DNA of 64,000 bases, from contig JBODTK010000014.1 of the NCBI GenBank assembly GCA_050613775.1, forward strand, positions 992,001 to 1,056,000, in the 5' to 3' direction. The position numbers were made by a program, and so were the translations under genes. The DNA comes from Neocallimastix sp. 'constans'. Lineage: Eukaryota. Positions 37,719-48,934 of this stretch are shown here, one piece after another. The notes under the pieces were generated by a model. It saw nothing but the letters and a program-made list of their open reading frames with translations, was not told the origin of the DNA and made no database searches. The stretch's first letter is position 1. Each line of letters opens with the position of its first letter.

Positions 37719-40700
37719 ATGTTTGACGCAACAAAACTATTAAAAGTATTACCAATTCTATCCAACTATGGAAGAGATATTGATAGTTGGATTAATGATT
37801 TCTCTAAAGTAATGGCTTTGTATGATATTATTTAACCAAGACAAATATTTACATGGGCTAAAGAGGTTGTTGAAGATGATATTCAAGGCGTTTTAAACTC
37901 TCTTATAACAAAAAGAGGTTCAGAAATCAAGTACCCTACGAAAAAGGAAGTTCAAGAAGCAATTGAAGAATATCTGAAGATTACAGAAAGTGAAAAATGT
38001 TCTATCTTGAAATCCTTAAAAATTTCTAATGTAGAAACTATAAAGAAATTTAATTATAGATACAAAAAGTTATATAATAAGCTTAGTCAAGAATATAGAA
38101 AACTTGTTACTGTTAAAGATTACACAAACTCTATTAGCTCAAGAATATTCGCATGTTCCAGAGTAACTGTAGCCGAATGTGAAAATGTAACTGAAGCATT
38201 CAAAATTGCAGAAGACGCTGAAAAGGAAATCATTTCAAATATAAATCAGGCAATGCCATATATAGGAGGAACCCCTATGATGATTACTCAAACTAATATT
38301 AATCAAAACCTAATATTAAATCATCCAATTTATGGTGAATTAATAAATGGACAAGCTAATTTAAATTATGGATTAAATTATTATCCTAATAATAATACCT
38401 TATTTATAGCAACTAGAAGAAACGATGTATCAAAACTTTGAGGTCCCAATATTGACACTAATAACTATAATATATATAATACATGTAACCATCAATATAG
38501 TGGCTATAATAATGGATATTATAATAATAATAAAAGTTATAATATGAAAAATAATACTCAATTAATGCGGTTTGGAAATTTTAAAAATAGATCATATAAT
38601 AACAGATATAATCAAAATAACTATACTAGGGGGAATTCTACTTTTATTCTGTAAAAGGAAATTCTAATAATCAATTCCTTAACAATAATAATATGACAAG
38701 TTATGATATTAATAATTCTCACATGATAAACAACAATAATAATATGATTAATAGAAATTCTAATGATCGCATGAATAATAGTACAAGAAGAAGACACTAC
38801 AATGATGCATCTAGTGGAACTATCATATGCCATAAATGCACCATGCACGGTCATAAAGCTTTCGAATGTACATATACTTACAAACAATTGGCAGACATGG
38901 AAGAAAAAGGATTAATTAAAACTCCTTTAAACCAGTAAATGGGAGAAGGACAACTTCCATGAAACAAACCCATGACAATAGTTTCAATAATAATCTTGAC
39001 AATAAACAAAATTATAATAATAACATAAATGACAATCAAAATAATAATTTTATTACGACGAAAATACCTATCAACTCATTAATGACCAATAATAACAATA
39101 GTGACAATAACAACATGACACTTTCAAAAAAATTTCCTAATCAAGAAGATCAATCACATTTATATAACACAGAAATTGTGGCGGCTGCTACAAGGAAATC
39201 AAAACCAAAATTTAATAAAGTTAAACCATATGATAAGAATAATACAATAAATAATTTAAAAGATCAACCTACCTCTATAATTACGTCAGCAATGAATCAT
39301 AATACTAATTTATCTATTAGTAATAATAATACTAATAATAATAGTTATAATAATATTAATAATAATAATAAAATGAATAATAATATAATTAATAATAATA
39401 ATATAATTAATAATAATAATAAAATGAATAATAATATAATTAATAATAATAATATAATTAATAATAATAATAAAATTAATAATAATAATAAAATTAATAA
39501 TAATAATAATGATAGTGATAGTAATAGTAATAATATTAATAATATTAATAATAGTAATGATAAAAATAATGATAATAATATTAATAGTAATCAAAGTGTT
39601 ATACCTATACAAGATGATATCGAAATGCTTGAATCTGAATTAAAAGAAGAAGAAAAAGATAACAATAATATATACTACAGTGAAACAAAGGCTAAAAATA
39701 AGAAAACTGTGAAATTTTCTTTAAATGAAAGTGAATCTGTTAATAACACTAAAGATAATCATAGCACCACAGAAAAATTAGAATCTTTAGATCCTTCCTT
39801 CATTACTGAAAAGAATATTATTAATGCTAAAAAGAAAAATAAACAAGAATGTATCAGAGAAATTAAGGAACAAATTAATGATAATAAAGTGAAAAACAAT
39901 ACTCAAGAATTACCTATTAATAATAAGGAACCTCACATAAATTTAATGAAGACTTTTGAAGAATACTGCATTCAAGATTTAGTTAAGGAAATAGCTTCTA
40001 CTGAAGTAATTACCAGGCTAGCATATTTTCTGGATCTATTCCCCAAATTTCGATCTGAATTTATGAAGGCTTTAAAACTTACACCTAAAAATACTGTTAC
40101 TAATATCATAATATCATGACAATAATTAACAAGAATAAAATTATTAAAGTAAATGGATTTGTCGAGAATAAATCATGTGAAATATTTTTGGATTCTTGTG
40201 CTAGTCTTAATGCTATAACAAGATCCACATTAAATAAATTAAAAATTAACAAACCTGCTATTGGTACTATCTCGGAAACAATTTTACAATCATATTCTAA
40301 TTCCACTATTGCTAGTGAAGTAGTTGAATTAAAAATTTCCATTGGGTGTTGAACGTTTGTTGAATATTTCAGGATCATTGAAAAAGATGACATTTTTGAA
40401 GTCTTAATAGGTGTCGATTCTCTCAAGAAAAATAGATTTGATATCAATTTAGTTAAAAATAAATTATATTATATTGATGAAAATAATAATTCTACTGAAT
40501 TAGTTGATCTATACTATGATATCGACTCACCTATTCCAAATCCAGAAAATTATGCTCAAGAAGAACATATTGAACAAAACCCTATGTTGATAACAGTAAC
40601 TGTTGTAAATGACGAAAATAACGATGCAAATGATTCTGATACAATTAAACAAAATATAATTGATGAAATTATACAAACTATACCTGAAAATTTCAAAAAA

Positions 40701-42026
40701 ATCGTGAAAGAATTATTTTATAAAATTTTGGTATTATTGCAATAAAAACAGATGATCTTGGTAAATCAAAACTTCTCCCTTATAGGATCTAACCAGTGCC
40801 AGGTGCCCAACCAATAAAACAAAAATCACACAGAATACCTAAATCTCTCATAGATGTATTAAAATAGGAATTAATAAAATTAATTGAAAATTACCTTATT
40901 GAACCTTCTTTCTCGTCATGGTCTTCACCGGTGGTACTTGTTCCAAAAAAAAATGGTAACAAATGGCGATTGTGTGTGGACTATCGCAAATTGAATAATG
41001 TTACCATTAAGGATGCTTATGCACTACCCTTAATCGATGATATCTTTAATTACATTGGCAATAATTCCCAATATTTGTCTACTATTGATTTGTTTTCTGG
41101 GTATCATCAAATACCCATGGCTGAAGAAGAAAAAGATAAAACAGCCTTTACCACTATGTTTGGAAATTATAACTTCAGAGTCATGCCATTTGGGTTATGC
41201 AACGCTCCGGCTTCATTTCAACGTGAAATGAACAGAATTTTTATGGACTTAATTGGTGTTTTTCGTTTTTATTTATATTGACAATATTATTGTATTTTCA
41301 AAAACATTAGAAGATCATATTAGTGATTTGGGTAAAGTTTTTAAAATTTTAAATGATAAATGAATTAAAAATAAATATTGAGAAATGTACCTTTTTCAAA
41401 AATAAAGTCACTCTCCTCGGTCACATTCTTTCTACCGAAGGTATTTCCCCCATTCCTAAGAAGGTCAAAGTTATTATAAACTGGATTCCTCCTAAAGACA
41501 AAACTCAATTGCGATCCTTCCTTGGCGATATTGGTTATTACCGAAAGTTTATTTACAACTTTGCTTAAATTGCATATCCATTGTTCCAATTACTTAAGAA
41601 AGATGTTCCTTTTATTTGGTCTGAGGACTGCACAGTCGCTTTCGAAGAACTGAAAAATAAATTAGTAAGTGCCCCTATTTTAACACCTCCTGACTATAAG
41701 AAAACATTTATTATTCGCACGGACGCATCAAGGACAGGCTTAGGTGATGTTTTACTTTAACTTAAAGATAATATAGAGGTTCCAATCTATTTTGAAAGTA
41801 GATCCCTTTCTCCTTCGGAAAATAGCTACAGTGTTACTGACTTGGAAGGAAAGGCTATGTTCCACTGTGTAAGGAAGTTCAAGTGTTTTCTCACTGGTAG
41901 CCCTTTTGTGACAACCCTGTATACTGATCATAAGCCCCTGGTTAGTATATTCTCTAATAAAGAACCTCTTACTAGTAGACATCTTAAATGGGTAACGGAA
42001 GTCAATATTATGAACGTGAAATTATA
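37719..42026 (+). pseudogene. Gypsy gag-pol remnant
   Basis: CHKCTMHGHKAFEC, IFLDSCA, WRLCVDYRKLN, VMPFGLCNAP, LYTDHKPL; many stops and frameshifts. Confidence 0.92.
38926..38960 (+). promoter_or_regulatory. Putative -1 ribosomal frameshift signal
   Basis: T TTA AAC in gag frame, 6-nt spacer, stem ATGGGAG/CTTCCAT; the -1 frame is open into ORF 38959-40119. Confidence 0.75.
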
Positions 42027-42576
42027 AGTTTCTGTATAATATTTTCTATACCTTTGAAATAAACTGAAATAAAACAAAAATCAAAATAAATTAAATCTTT
42101 ATTAAAATAAAAATGAACTAAAATACAGAAGAATTTCAATAATAAAAATGATCTAAAATAAAGAAAATATCAATTCCGTATAATTCTCTCTCTGAAAACA
42201 ATATCAAGAAGAAGCTACCGCCCGGAATGCCCTTCGTGATACAATCTCTAAATTAATTTTTATATTTTAATTTAATAAATGTTATTTTTTATTAAAATAA
42301 TTTAAAATAATAGTTAAAAATTAAAATAAAATAGTTATAATAGTTTTTTTTTATAAAAAATATATTAATAATAAATAAAATGTAATAAAAATAAAAGTAT
42401 AAAAAGAAGAATAAATTTCCTTCTTTTTAATACTTGAAACAAATAATTTTAATTTTAATTTTAAATAAAAGAATATTTTAAAAATTAACTTTTTTTGTTT
42501 CCAAATTCATTTTTGTATGTTAATATTTATTTTTTTTGTTTTGAATATCTTAGTGTCTCAACCCCAGCCCGTATCA
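42020..42576 (+). mobile_element. LTR family A, 5'-truncated
   Basis: Matches the 3' ~560 bp of the other A copies. Confidence 0.88.
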
Positions 42577-43325
42577 GTTTGATAAGAATGTACTAAATAA
42601 TGCATTCTTAATTAAATTTACGATTTATTTCTAATACATAATGTGTACATTATTATTTTTGTACTTTAATAAATTTTTTAAATTCAAAGATTAAAAATTA
42701 AATCAAAAATTATATTAAACTTTATATTTTTATATTATATCTTATATTAATAGTAATATTTTTATATATTTAAAACTTATTGTAAAGATATGATCAATAT
42801 CTTTAATACATTAATTAATTTATTTTGTACATTAAATTATTTAATGTAATTCACGTTTACAAAATAATGCTAATGCATTAAATTATGTAAAATATATTAA
42901 TTTATGAAATTAATTGATTTATGAAAATTAATAATAAATTTATATTTCATATAATATATAAATTTAAAAATATAAAATTAATTTTTAAATAACCTAAAAT
43001 TTAGTAATAAAATATATTAATAATTTTAGTTTAGTTTAATTTTAATTTAGTTTAATTTTAGTTTAGTTTAATTTTAGTTTAGTTTAATAATCATAAAAAT
43101 TAAATAGTAATATATAATTAATAGTATTAATAATAAAAGAATAATAAATAAATAATAAATAAGAACTTATTCAATTTGAGTCAAAACAAATTGAATAAAA
43201 AGCTTATTGAATTAGTTTTAGTTTTTTATAACTTTATTTAATTTTAGATTAATTTTTGTTTATTTTATATTGAATATATATTTAAATAAATAGAAATAGT
43301 ATATTATAATATAATTAAGAAAAAA

Positions 43326-43372
43326 TATAAATACATGTAAAATTATTCTATTAAAGAAAATGTAGTTGTTAT
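43326..43372 (+). promoter_or_regulatory. LTR TATA box and predicted transcription start / self-primer
   Basis: TATAAATA 43326-43333; GTAGTTGTTAT 43362-43372 is the exact complement of the PBS. Confidence 0.75.
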
Positions 43373-43537
43373 TAACTATTTTGCAGTTAATAACTAATAA
43401 AAAGAATTTTTATAATAAAGTGATTAATAAAAGAATTTTTTTTAAAAATAAATTTCATTTGAGTATTGTTATTGATAGTGTTGTTTTTTTTTTTTTTTTT
43501 TCGTAATTGTAATCTGCTCCATAAGGAACATTTTACA

Positions 43538-43548
43538 ATAACAACTAC
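43538..43548 (+). other. Self-priming PBS
   Basis: ATAACAACTAC abuts the LTR, lacks TGG and is complementary to 43362-43372. Confidence 0.85.
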
Positions 43549-43585
43549 CTTGTTATAAAAAGTGGAGCACGTTACGATCACGAGA

Positions 43586-43780
43586 TTAGAGAACTACCAG
43601 TTAGAGAACTACCAGTTAAAGAACTACCAGTTAAAGAACTACCAATTAGAGAACTACCAGTTAGAAAACTACCAGTTAGAGAATTACCAATTAGAGAACT
43701 ACCAGTTAGAAAACTACCAGTTAGAGAATTACCAATTAGAGAACTACCTATTAGAAAACTACCATTTGAAGAATTACTAA
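43586..43780 (+). repeat. 15-bp tandem repeat, ~13 units, in the chromovirus leader
   Basis: Unit TTAGAGAACTACCAG. Confidence 0.92.
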
Positions 43781-44051
43781 GAGAAGAAACAAGAAGTAAT
43801 AATAGAAGAAGTACTATTTGAAGAAGTACTAATTATAATTGCACCCATTAAGTCGCCGCCGTGATTACTAATTATATTGGAATATTTGAGATTATTTTTA
43901 TTTAAACTTATTATTATTATAATAATTTTGTTTACTCGACGGGCACCATTTCAAGCGGTTAGAGCCAAGTCGACTTTACATAATATTATAATAGTAAATT
44001 TAAATAAAAATAATAATCGTATATAAGAATTCTTTTATTTTTTTTTTCAAA

Positions 44052-45467
44052 GTGGAAGAACTTAATATTAGGCTAAGAAACCTCCACATTGAAGATATGG
44101 CGGAACGTGGACGAGAAGAAAAACGGAAGGTCAGTAAGCCACCGATTTTTAACGGTGAAAGAAAAGAACTTAAAGGGTTCCTCACAATTGTAAATATGAA
44201 CTTTGAGGATACCCCAGATGACTTTCCAGACGATAGATCAAAGGTTAGATTTATAACCTCATTCTTAAGAGGTGATCCTTTAAATTGGGCCTCAAATCTA
44301 TGGGATAATGAAGATCCCTTGATCGATAATTTAAATAATTTTAAGAGGGAACTTAAAATTAATTATGGGGATCCAGAAGTGGAGACAATTGTGGCTAATG
44401 GTAAATTAGATACCATTCGTCAGAAAAAATATGGGCAAGTGTTAGAATATATTAACCAGTTCAAAACAACTTGCCAAAATTCGGACTTCAACGAATCAGC
44501 CAAAATTTATATGTTTCTTAAAGGATTACATTACAAAATGAGGGAACAATTAGCCGTTGTTAACCCAAATCCAGATTCCCTTAACAAGTTGTATACCGAT
44601 GTAATTCAAATTGAAAATTTGTCAAAGCGAACTAATCTTGTTGAATTCTATTATAATCAGCAACGAGTTAGAAATTCGCAACAAAACAGTAACCACAACC
44701 AGAGAAATAGTAGTCGTCGTGATGATCCTATGGATGTTGATTTATTTAGGATCAAAAATGATAGATATAGAAGATACAACCAGAACTATAATCAAAATTT
44801 ATATGTTGAAAATAAAAGAGACTTTTCTGAAGAAAAGAAAAAAGGTCTTTGTTTTTTATGTAAACAACCAGGACACTTACAGTTTAATTGTCCTAACAGA
44901 AAAAGACCTTCTGGAGTTAAACACAAGAATAAAATTAGAGAAACAGATGAAAATCTTCCATCGGCAAAATTAAGAAGAATTAGAATGATCAAGGAATCCG
45001 ATGATGCTCAAAAAATTAGAGCTATTACTGATGAAGAAAATGCTATGAATAAAAGAAAGAACAATATAATTACTTTCTATATAAAAACAAATGATATTGA
45101 AGAAGTTCCAGTTAGGGTTCTTATCGACTCTGGCTCGGATTTGAATTTTATTCATCCTTCGTTCGTTAATAAAAACAAAATTAAATTGAATGAAGTTAAA
45201 AGATCTTTCAATGTTACTGGACTAGGATATGGTATCTCTACCATCTACGAACAAACTGAAAAGTGTATCTTACGATTCAAGAACCATTTTGAAGTTATTC
45301 AACTCTATGCACTTTATATTCCTGATGTAGATATCATTCTAGGTATTCCTTGGATTGAAAAGCATTGTCCAATGAATTATCATGATTCAAGAAAAATATC
45401 CTTTCCCTCTGGTTATTGCGCTAGGAACTGTAATAATGGTAAAAGAAAAAGAAAAAAACAAAAATAG
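44052..45467 (+). CDS. Chromovirus Gag plus protease (first ATG 44097)
   Basis: PPIFNG capsid motif, CFLCKQPGHLQFNC, VLIDSGS, ILGIPW. Confidence 0.9.
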   Translation: MEELNIRLRNLHIEDMAERGREEKRKVSKPPIFNGERKELKGFLTIVNMNFEDTPDDFPDDRSKVRFITSFLRGDPLNWASNLWDNEDPLIDNLNNFKRELKINYGDPEVETIVANGKLDTIRQKKYGQVLEYINQFKTTCQNSDFNESAKIYMFLKGLHYKMREQLAVVNPNPDSLNKLYTDVIQIENLSKRTNLVEFYYNQQRVRNSQQNSNHNQRNSSRRDDPMDVDLFRIKNDRYRRYNQNYNQNLYVENKRDFSEEKKKGLCFLCKQPGHLQFNCPNRKRPSGVKHKNKIRETDENLPSAKLRRIRMIKESDDAQKIRAITDEENAMNKRKNNIITFYIKTNDIEEVPVRVLIDSGSDLNFIHPSFVNKNKIKLNEVKRSFNVTGLGYGISTIYEQTEKCILRFKNHFEVIQLYALYIPDVDIILGIPWIEKHCPMNYHDSRKISFPSGYCARNCNNGKRKRKKQK

Positions 45468-47310
45468 AAGCAAGAAAGGTTCAAAGAAGTGTAAGATCGA
45501 TATCGAACCTGAAGAAGAAAATTCCTATGAACCAAGTACTCCATATAAGTGTAAACCCCTCTGGGATTCCGAATCAGAAAGCGAAGCTGAATACGTCCGT
45601 GGAAGAAAAGTTAGAACCATTAATGATAGTGATAGTGATAGTGATAGTGATAGTATTAATATTAGTGTTAAAGATAATGATTGTAGTAAAGAAAAAATTA
45701 ACTTTTGTAATTTTAGAGAACTTAGTACAATAGATAAAATCAAAAAATCATGTAATTTTATTAAATCATGTAAAAATGAAATTTTAAATAAAGAAAGTAA
45801 ATTGGTCGCCGAACTAACAAACTATTTTTTTTCTTATCAAAATTGTGTGTTAGACAATTTGTGTAACTGTCTGATTATTCAGAATTTAGATAATAATAAT
45901 ATTGTTAACGATAGTGATAATAAAATTTCTATTCCTCCTTGTTATCTCGATTATATTGAAGTTTTTGATGAAAAGAATTGTGATAAATTACCTCCCCATA
46001 GAGAATATGATTGTGAAATAAATTTAAAGGATAATTCAATTCTATTCTATGGTCCTATTTATCCTTTAACAGAAGCAGAAAGGGATGAATTGAAAAAGTA
46101 TATTAAAGAAAACTTAGCAAAAGGATTTATTAGAAAATCCAAATCACCAGCTAGTGCCCCTGTCTTATTTGTTAAAAAGAAAGATGGCACTTTGAGATTA
46201 TGTATTGATTACAGAAAATTAAATGAAATGACTATTAGAAATTCATATCCTTTACCATTAATAAGTGAATTAATTGACAGAGTTAAAGGTGATAAATATT
46301 TTACTAAGTTAGATCTTAAATCTGCATATAACTTAGTAAGAATAAAAGAAGGTGATGAGTATAAGACTGCTTTTAGAACTCGTTATGGACATTATGAATA
46401 TCTTGTTATGCCTTTTGGGTTAAAGAATGCACCTGCTACATTTCAACATTTTATAAATGATGTTCTTAGTGACTACTTAGATGATTTTGTTATCTCATAT
46501 ATCGACGATATTCTTATTTATTCAAATAACTTAGAAGAACATCATGAACATGTTAGAAAAGTGTTGAAAAAACTTTTAGATAATAATTTATATGTTAAAC
46601 TAGAAAAATGTGAATTCGATGTAACGGAAACCTCCTTCCTGGGCTACATCATATCTAAAGATGGTCTTAAACCTGATCCTGAAAAAATTAAAGCTATTTT
46701 AGATTGGCCTGTACCTACTAATGTCAAAGAAGTTCAGTCATTTATTGGACTTTGTAATTATTATAGAGTTTTCATTAAAGATTTTGCCAAAATAGCTTTA
46801 CCAATACATAAACTCACTCGTAAAAATGTACCTTTTATTTGGGGACCTGAGCAACAGAATGCTTTTGTTAAATTGAAAGAACTTTTCACATCTGCTCCAA
46901 TTTTAATTAATCCTGATAGTAATAAACCGTTTATCGTTGAAACTGATGCTAGTAACTTTGCAGTTGGAGCTGTACTTTCTCAAGAAGTTGATGGCAATCT
47001 CCATCCAGTTGCCTTTATTTCTTCGAGTTTGACTAAGTCTCAAAGAAACTACCCCATTTATGATAAGGAACTTCTCGCTATTAAAGTTGCTTTAGAGCAA
47101 TGGCGTCACTTTTTAGAGGGTGCTCGTCATCCCTTTACTATTTACACTGATCATAAAAATTTAACATTTCCTAGAAAACCGGAAATGCTTTCGCAACGTC
47201 AAATTAGATGGTATGAATTTTTATCTCGTTTTGATTTTAATATTGTCTATAGATCTGGGAAAAAATCGGGTAAACCTGATTTACTATCTAGGAGAAGTGA
47301 TCATTTTTAA
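45382..47310 (+). CDS. Chromovirus reverse transcriptase/RNase H (frameshifted segment of pol)
   Basis: LRLCIDYR, VMPFGLKNAP, YIDD, ETDAS, YTDHKNL. Confidence 0.92.
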   Translation: MIQEKYPFPLVIALGTVIMVKEKEKNKNRSKKGSKKCKIDIEPEEENSYEPSTPYKCKPLWDSESESEAEYVRGRKVRTINDSDSDSDSDSINISVKDNDCSKEKINFCNFRELSTIDKIKKSCNFIKSCKNEILNKESKLVAELTNYFFSYQNCVLDNLCNCLIIQNLDNNNIVNDSDNKISIPPCYLDYIEVFDEKNCDKLPPHREYDCEINLKDNSILFYGPIYPLTEAERDELKKYIKENLAKGFIRKSKSPASAPVLFVKKKDGTLRLCIDYRKLNEMTIRNSYPLPLISELIDRVKGDKYFTKLDLKSAYNLVRIKEGDEYKTAFRTRYGHYEYLVMPFGLKNAPATFQHFINDVLSDYLDDFVISYIDDILIYSNNLEEHHEHVRKVLKKLLDNNLYVKLEKCEFDVTETSFLGYIISKDGLKPDPEKIKAILDWPVPTNVKEVQSFIGLCNYYRVFIKDFAKIALPIHKLTRKNVPFIWGPEQQNAFVKLKELFTSAPILINPDSNKPFIVETDASNFAVGAVLSQEVDGNLHPVAFISSSLTKSQRNYPIYDKELLAIKVALEQWRHFLEGARHPFTIYTDHKNLTFPRKPEMLSQRQIRWYEFLSRFDFNIVYRSGKKSGKPDLLSRRSDHF

Positions 47311-48934
47311 TTTTGAATTTAATTCTTCTTGTCGTGTTATTAACTGTTTTACTATTAATAATGATACCCTTGCTAATTCTATTTTGAATGCTCTTGAGAA
47401 TGATGAATTCTATAATTCTGTTAAATCATCCTTATCTATTAATAATGCTGTTAACCCTAAAATTCAAAATATTAATAAATTTATGATTGATAAAGAAGGA
47501 TTTTTACTCTTTAATAATCTGATTTATGTTCCTAAATCGATTCGAACGAGAGTTCTTGAACTCCATCATGACTCTCCTACTGCTGGTCATTTTGGTGTTT
47601 CTAAGACTCAAGAATTACTTAGCCGCAATTTTTGGTGGCCTAATTTTTCTCTTGATGTTAAAAAATTTATTAAGTCTTGTGAAGTTTGCTGTAAATCAAA
47701 AATTCCTAGACACAAGCCATATGGACTTCTTTCACCCTTGTCCATTCCTAATAGAGCTTGGTCTGATATTTCTATGGATTTTATCGTTGAATTACCTAAG
47801 TCTAAAGATATGACTACAATTATGGTTGTTGTTGATCGTTTGACTAAAATGGCTCATTTTATTCCTTTTCGTTGTCTTCCTACTGCTTCAATTGCTGCTG
47901 ATGCTTTTATCTCGAATATTTTTAAATTACATGGTTTCCCTGATTCTATTATTTCTGATAGAGGATCGCAATTTACATCTGAATTTTGGAATCGCTTATG
48001 TAAACTTCTTGATATTACTCATTCTCTTTCTACCTCCAACCATCCGGAGACTGATGGTCAAACGGAGAGGGTGAACGGAATATTGGAACAATATCTTCGT
48101 TGTTTCATAAATGAAAGGCAAAATAATTGGGTCGATTTACTACCTTTCGCTGAATTCGCTTACAATAATACTTTACATCAATCTATAAATCAATCACCAT
48201 TCTTCGCAAACTATGGTTTTAATCCTAAATTTAGTCCTGAGATTCCATCCTCAGAAAGACCAAGTAGAGCTGAAAAAAGAATATTAGATATTAATAAAAA
48301 TATTGAATTTTTAAAAAGAAACTTAGAAGAAGCTAAGAAAACTTATAAAAAATACGCCGATTTGAAAAGACTTCCTTCCCCTAATTTCGAAGTCGGTAAA
48401 AAAGTTTGGTTACTTAAAGGATCTACTACTAAGAATGTTAAAAGAAAACTAGCCGATCAATTGATAGGTCCTTTTGAAATAATTGAAAAAGTTAGTCCCT
48501 TAGCGTACAAACTTAAACTACCTAATAATATGCATTGTCATCCAATTTTTCATGTTTCTTTACTTGAACCTTATTATGAGAATGAATTTGAAGATAGAAA
48601 TGTTAATAAACGAAAGAGTATAAATTTAACTACAAATAATTCCGATATGATTCCAGATAAAATAATTAATATGAGAACTTATAAAGGAAAGAATCGTTTT
48701 CTTATCTCTTGGAAAGGATCAAATGAAGACTCTTGGATAGATGAAGATCAAATTTTAGATAAACAATTAATTCAGGAATACTTTAGAAAAAATAAGAAAA
48801 ATAAAACAAGAACAAAGGATCAAGAATCTATTAAGAATGATGATCATGCCAATGATTTCATTGTAAGACATAAATATCAACCCTTTGTTATAGAACTTCC
48901 CTCAAGAAATGATTCTCGCAGGAGCTCGACTTAA
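47213..48934 (+). CDS. Chromovirus integrase plus chromodomain (frameshifted segment of pol)
   Basis: HHCC zinc finger, SMDF/SDRG/QTER catalytic motifs, GPF module, FLISWKG chromodomain. Confidence 0.92.
   Translation: MNFYLVLILILSIDLGKNRVNLIYYLGEVIIFNFEFNSSCRVINCFTINNDTLANSILNALENDEFYNSVKSSLSINNAVNPKIQNINKFMIDKEGFLLFNNLIYVPKSIRTRVLELHHDSPTAGHFGVSKTQELLSRNFWWPNFSLDVKKFIKSCEVCCKSKIPRHKPYGLLSPLSIPNRAWSDISMDFIVELPKSKDMTTIMVVVDRLTKMAHFIPFRCLPTASIAADAFISNIFKLHGFPDSIISDRGSQFTSEFWNRLCKLLDITHSLSTSNHPETDGQTERVNGILEQYLRCFINERQNNWVDLLPFAEFAYNNTLHQSINQSPFFANYGFNPKFSPEIPSSERPSRAEKRILDINKNIEFLKRNLEEAKKTYKKYADLKRLPSPNFEVGKKVWLLKGSTTKNVKRKLADQLIGPFEIIEKVSPLAYKLKLPNNMHCHPIFHVSLLEPYYENEFEDRNVNKRKSINLTTNNSDMIPDKIINMRTYKGKNRFLISWKGSNEDSWIDEDQILDKQLIQEYFRKNKKNKTRTKDQESIKNDDHANDFIVRHKYQPFVIELPSRNDSRRSST

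Larger units (their letters stand above)
36918..42026 (+). mobile_element. Decayed Ty3/Gypsy element, 3'-truncated in RNase H
   Basis: LTR ~36918-37497 ending CGTATCA; PBS TGGCTCCCAACGTG 37502-37515; gag, PR, RT, RH fragments. Confidence 0.9.

Noticed and set aside
39320..39590. (AAT)n tract and antisense poly-Ile ORF
   Set aside because: Asn-coding microsatellite expansion in the Gypsy linker
43586..43780. Possible CRISPR array or telomeric repeat
   Set aside because: No unique spacers, no cas genes; lies inside a retrotransposon leader
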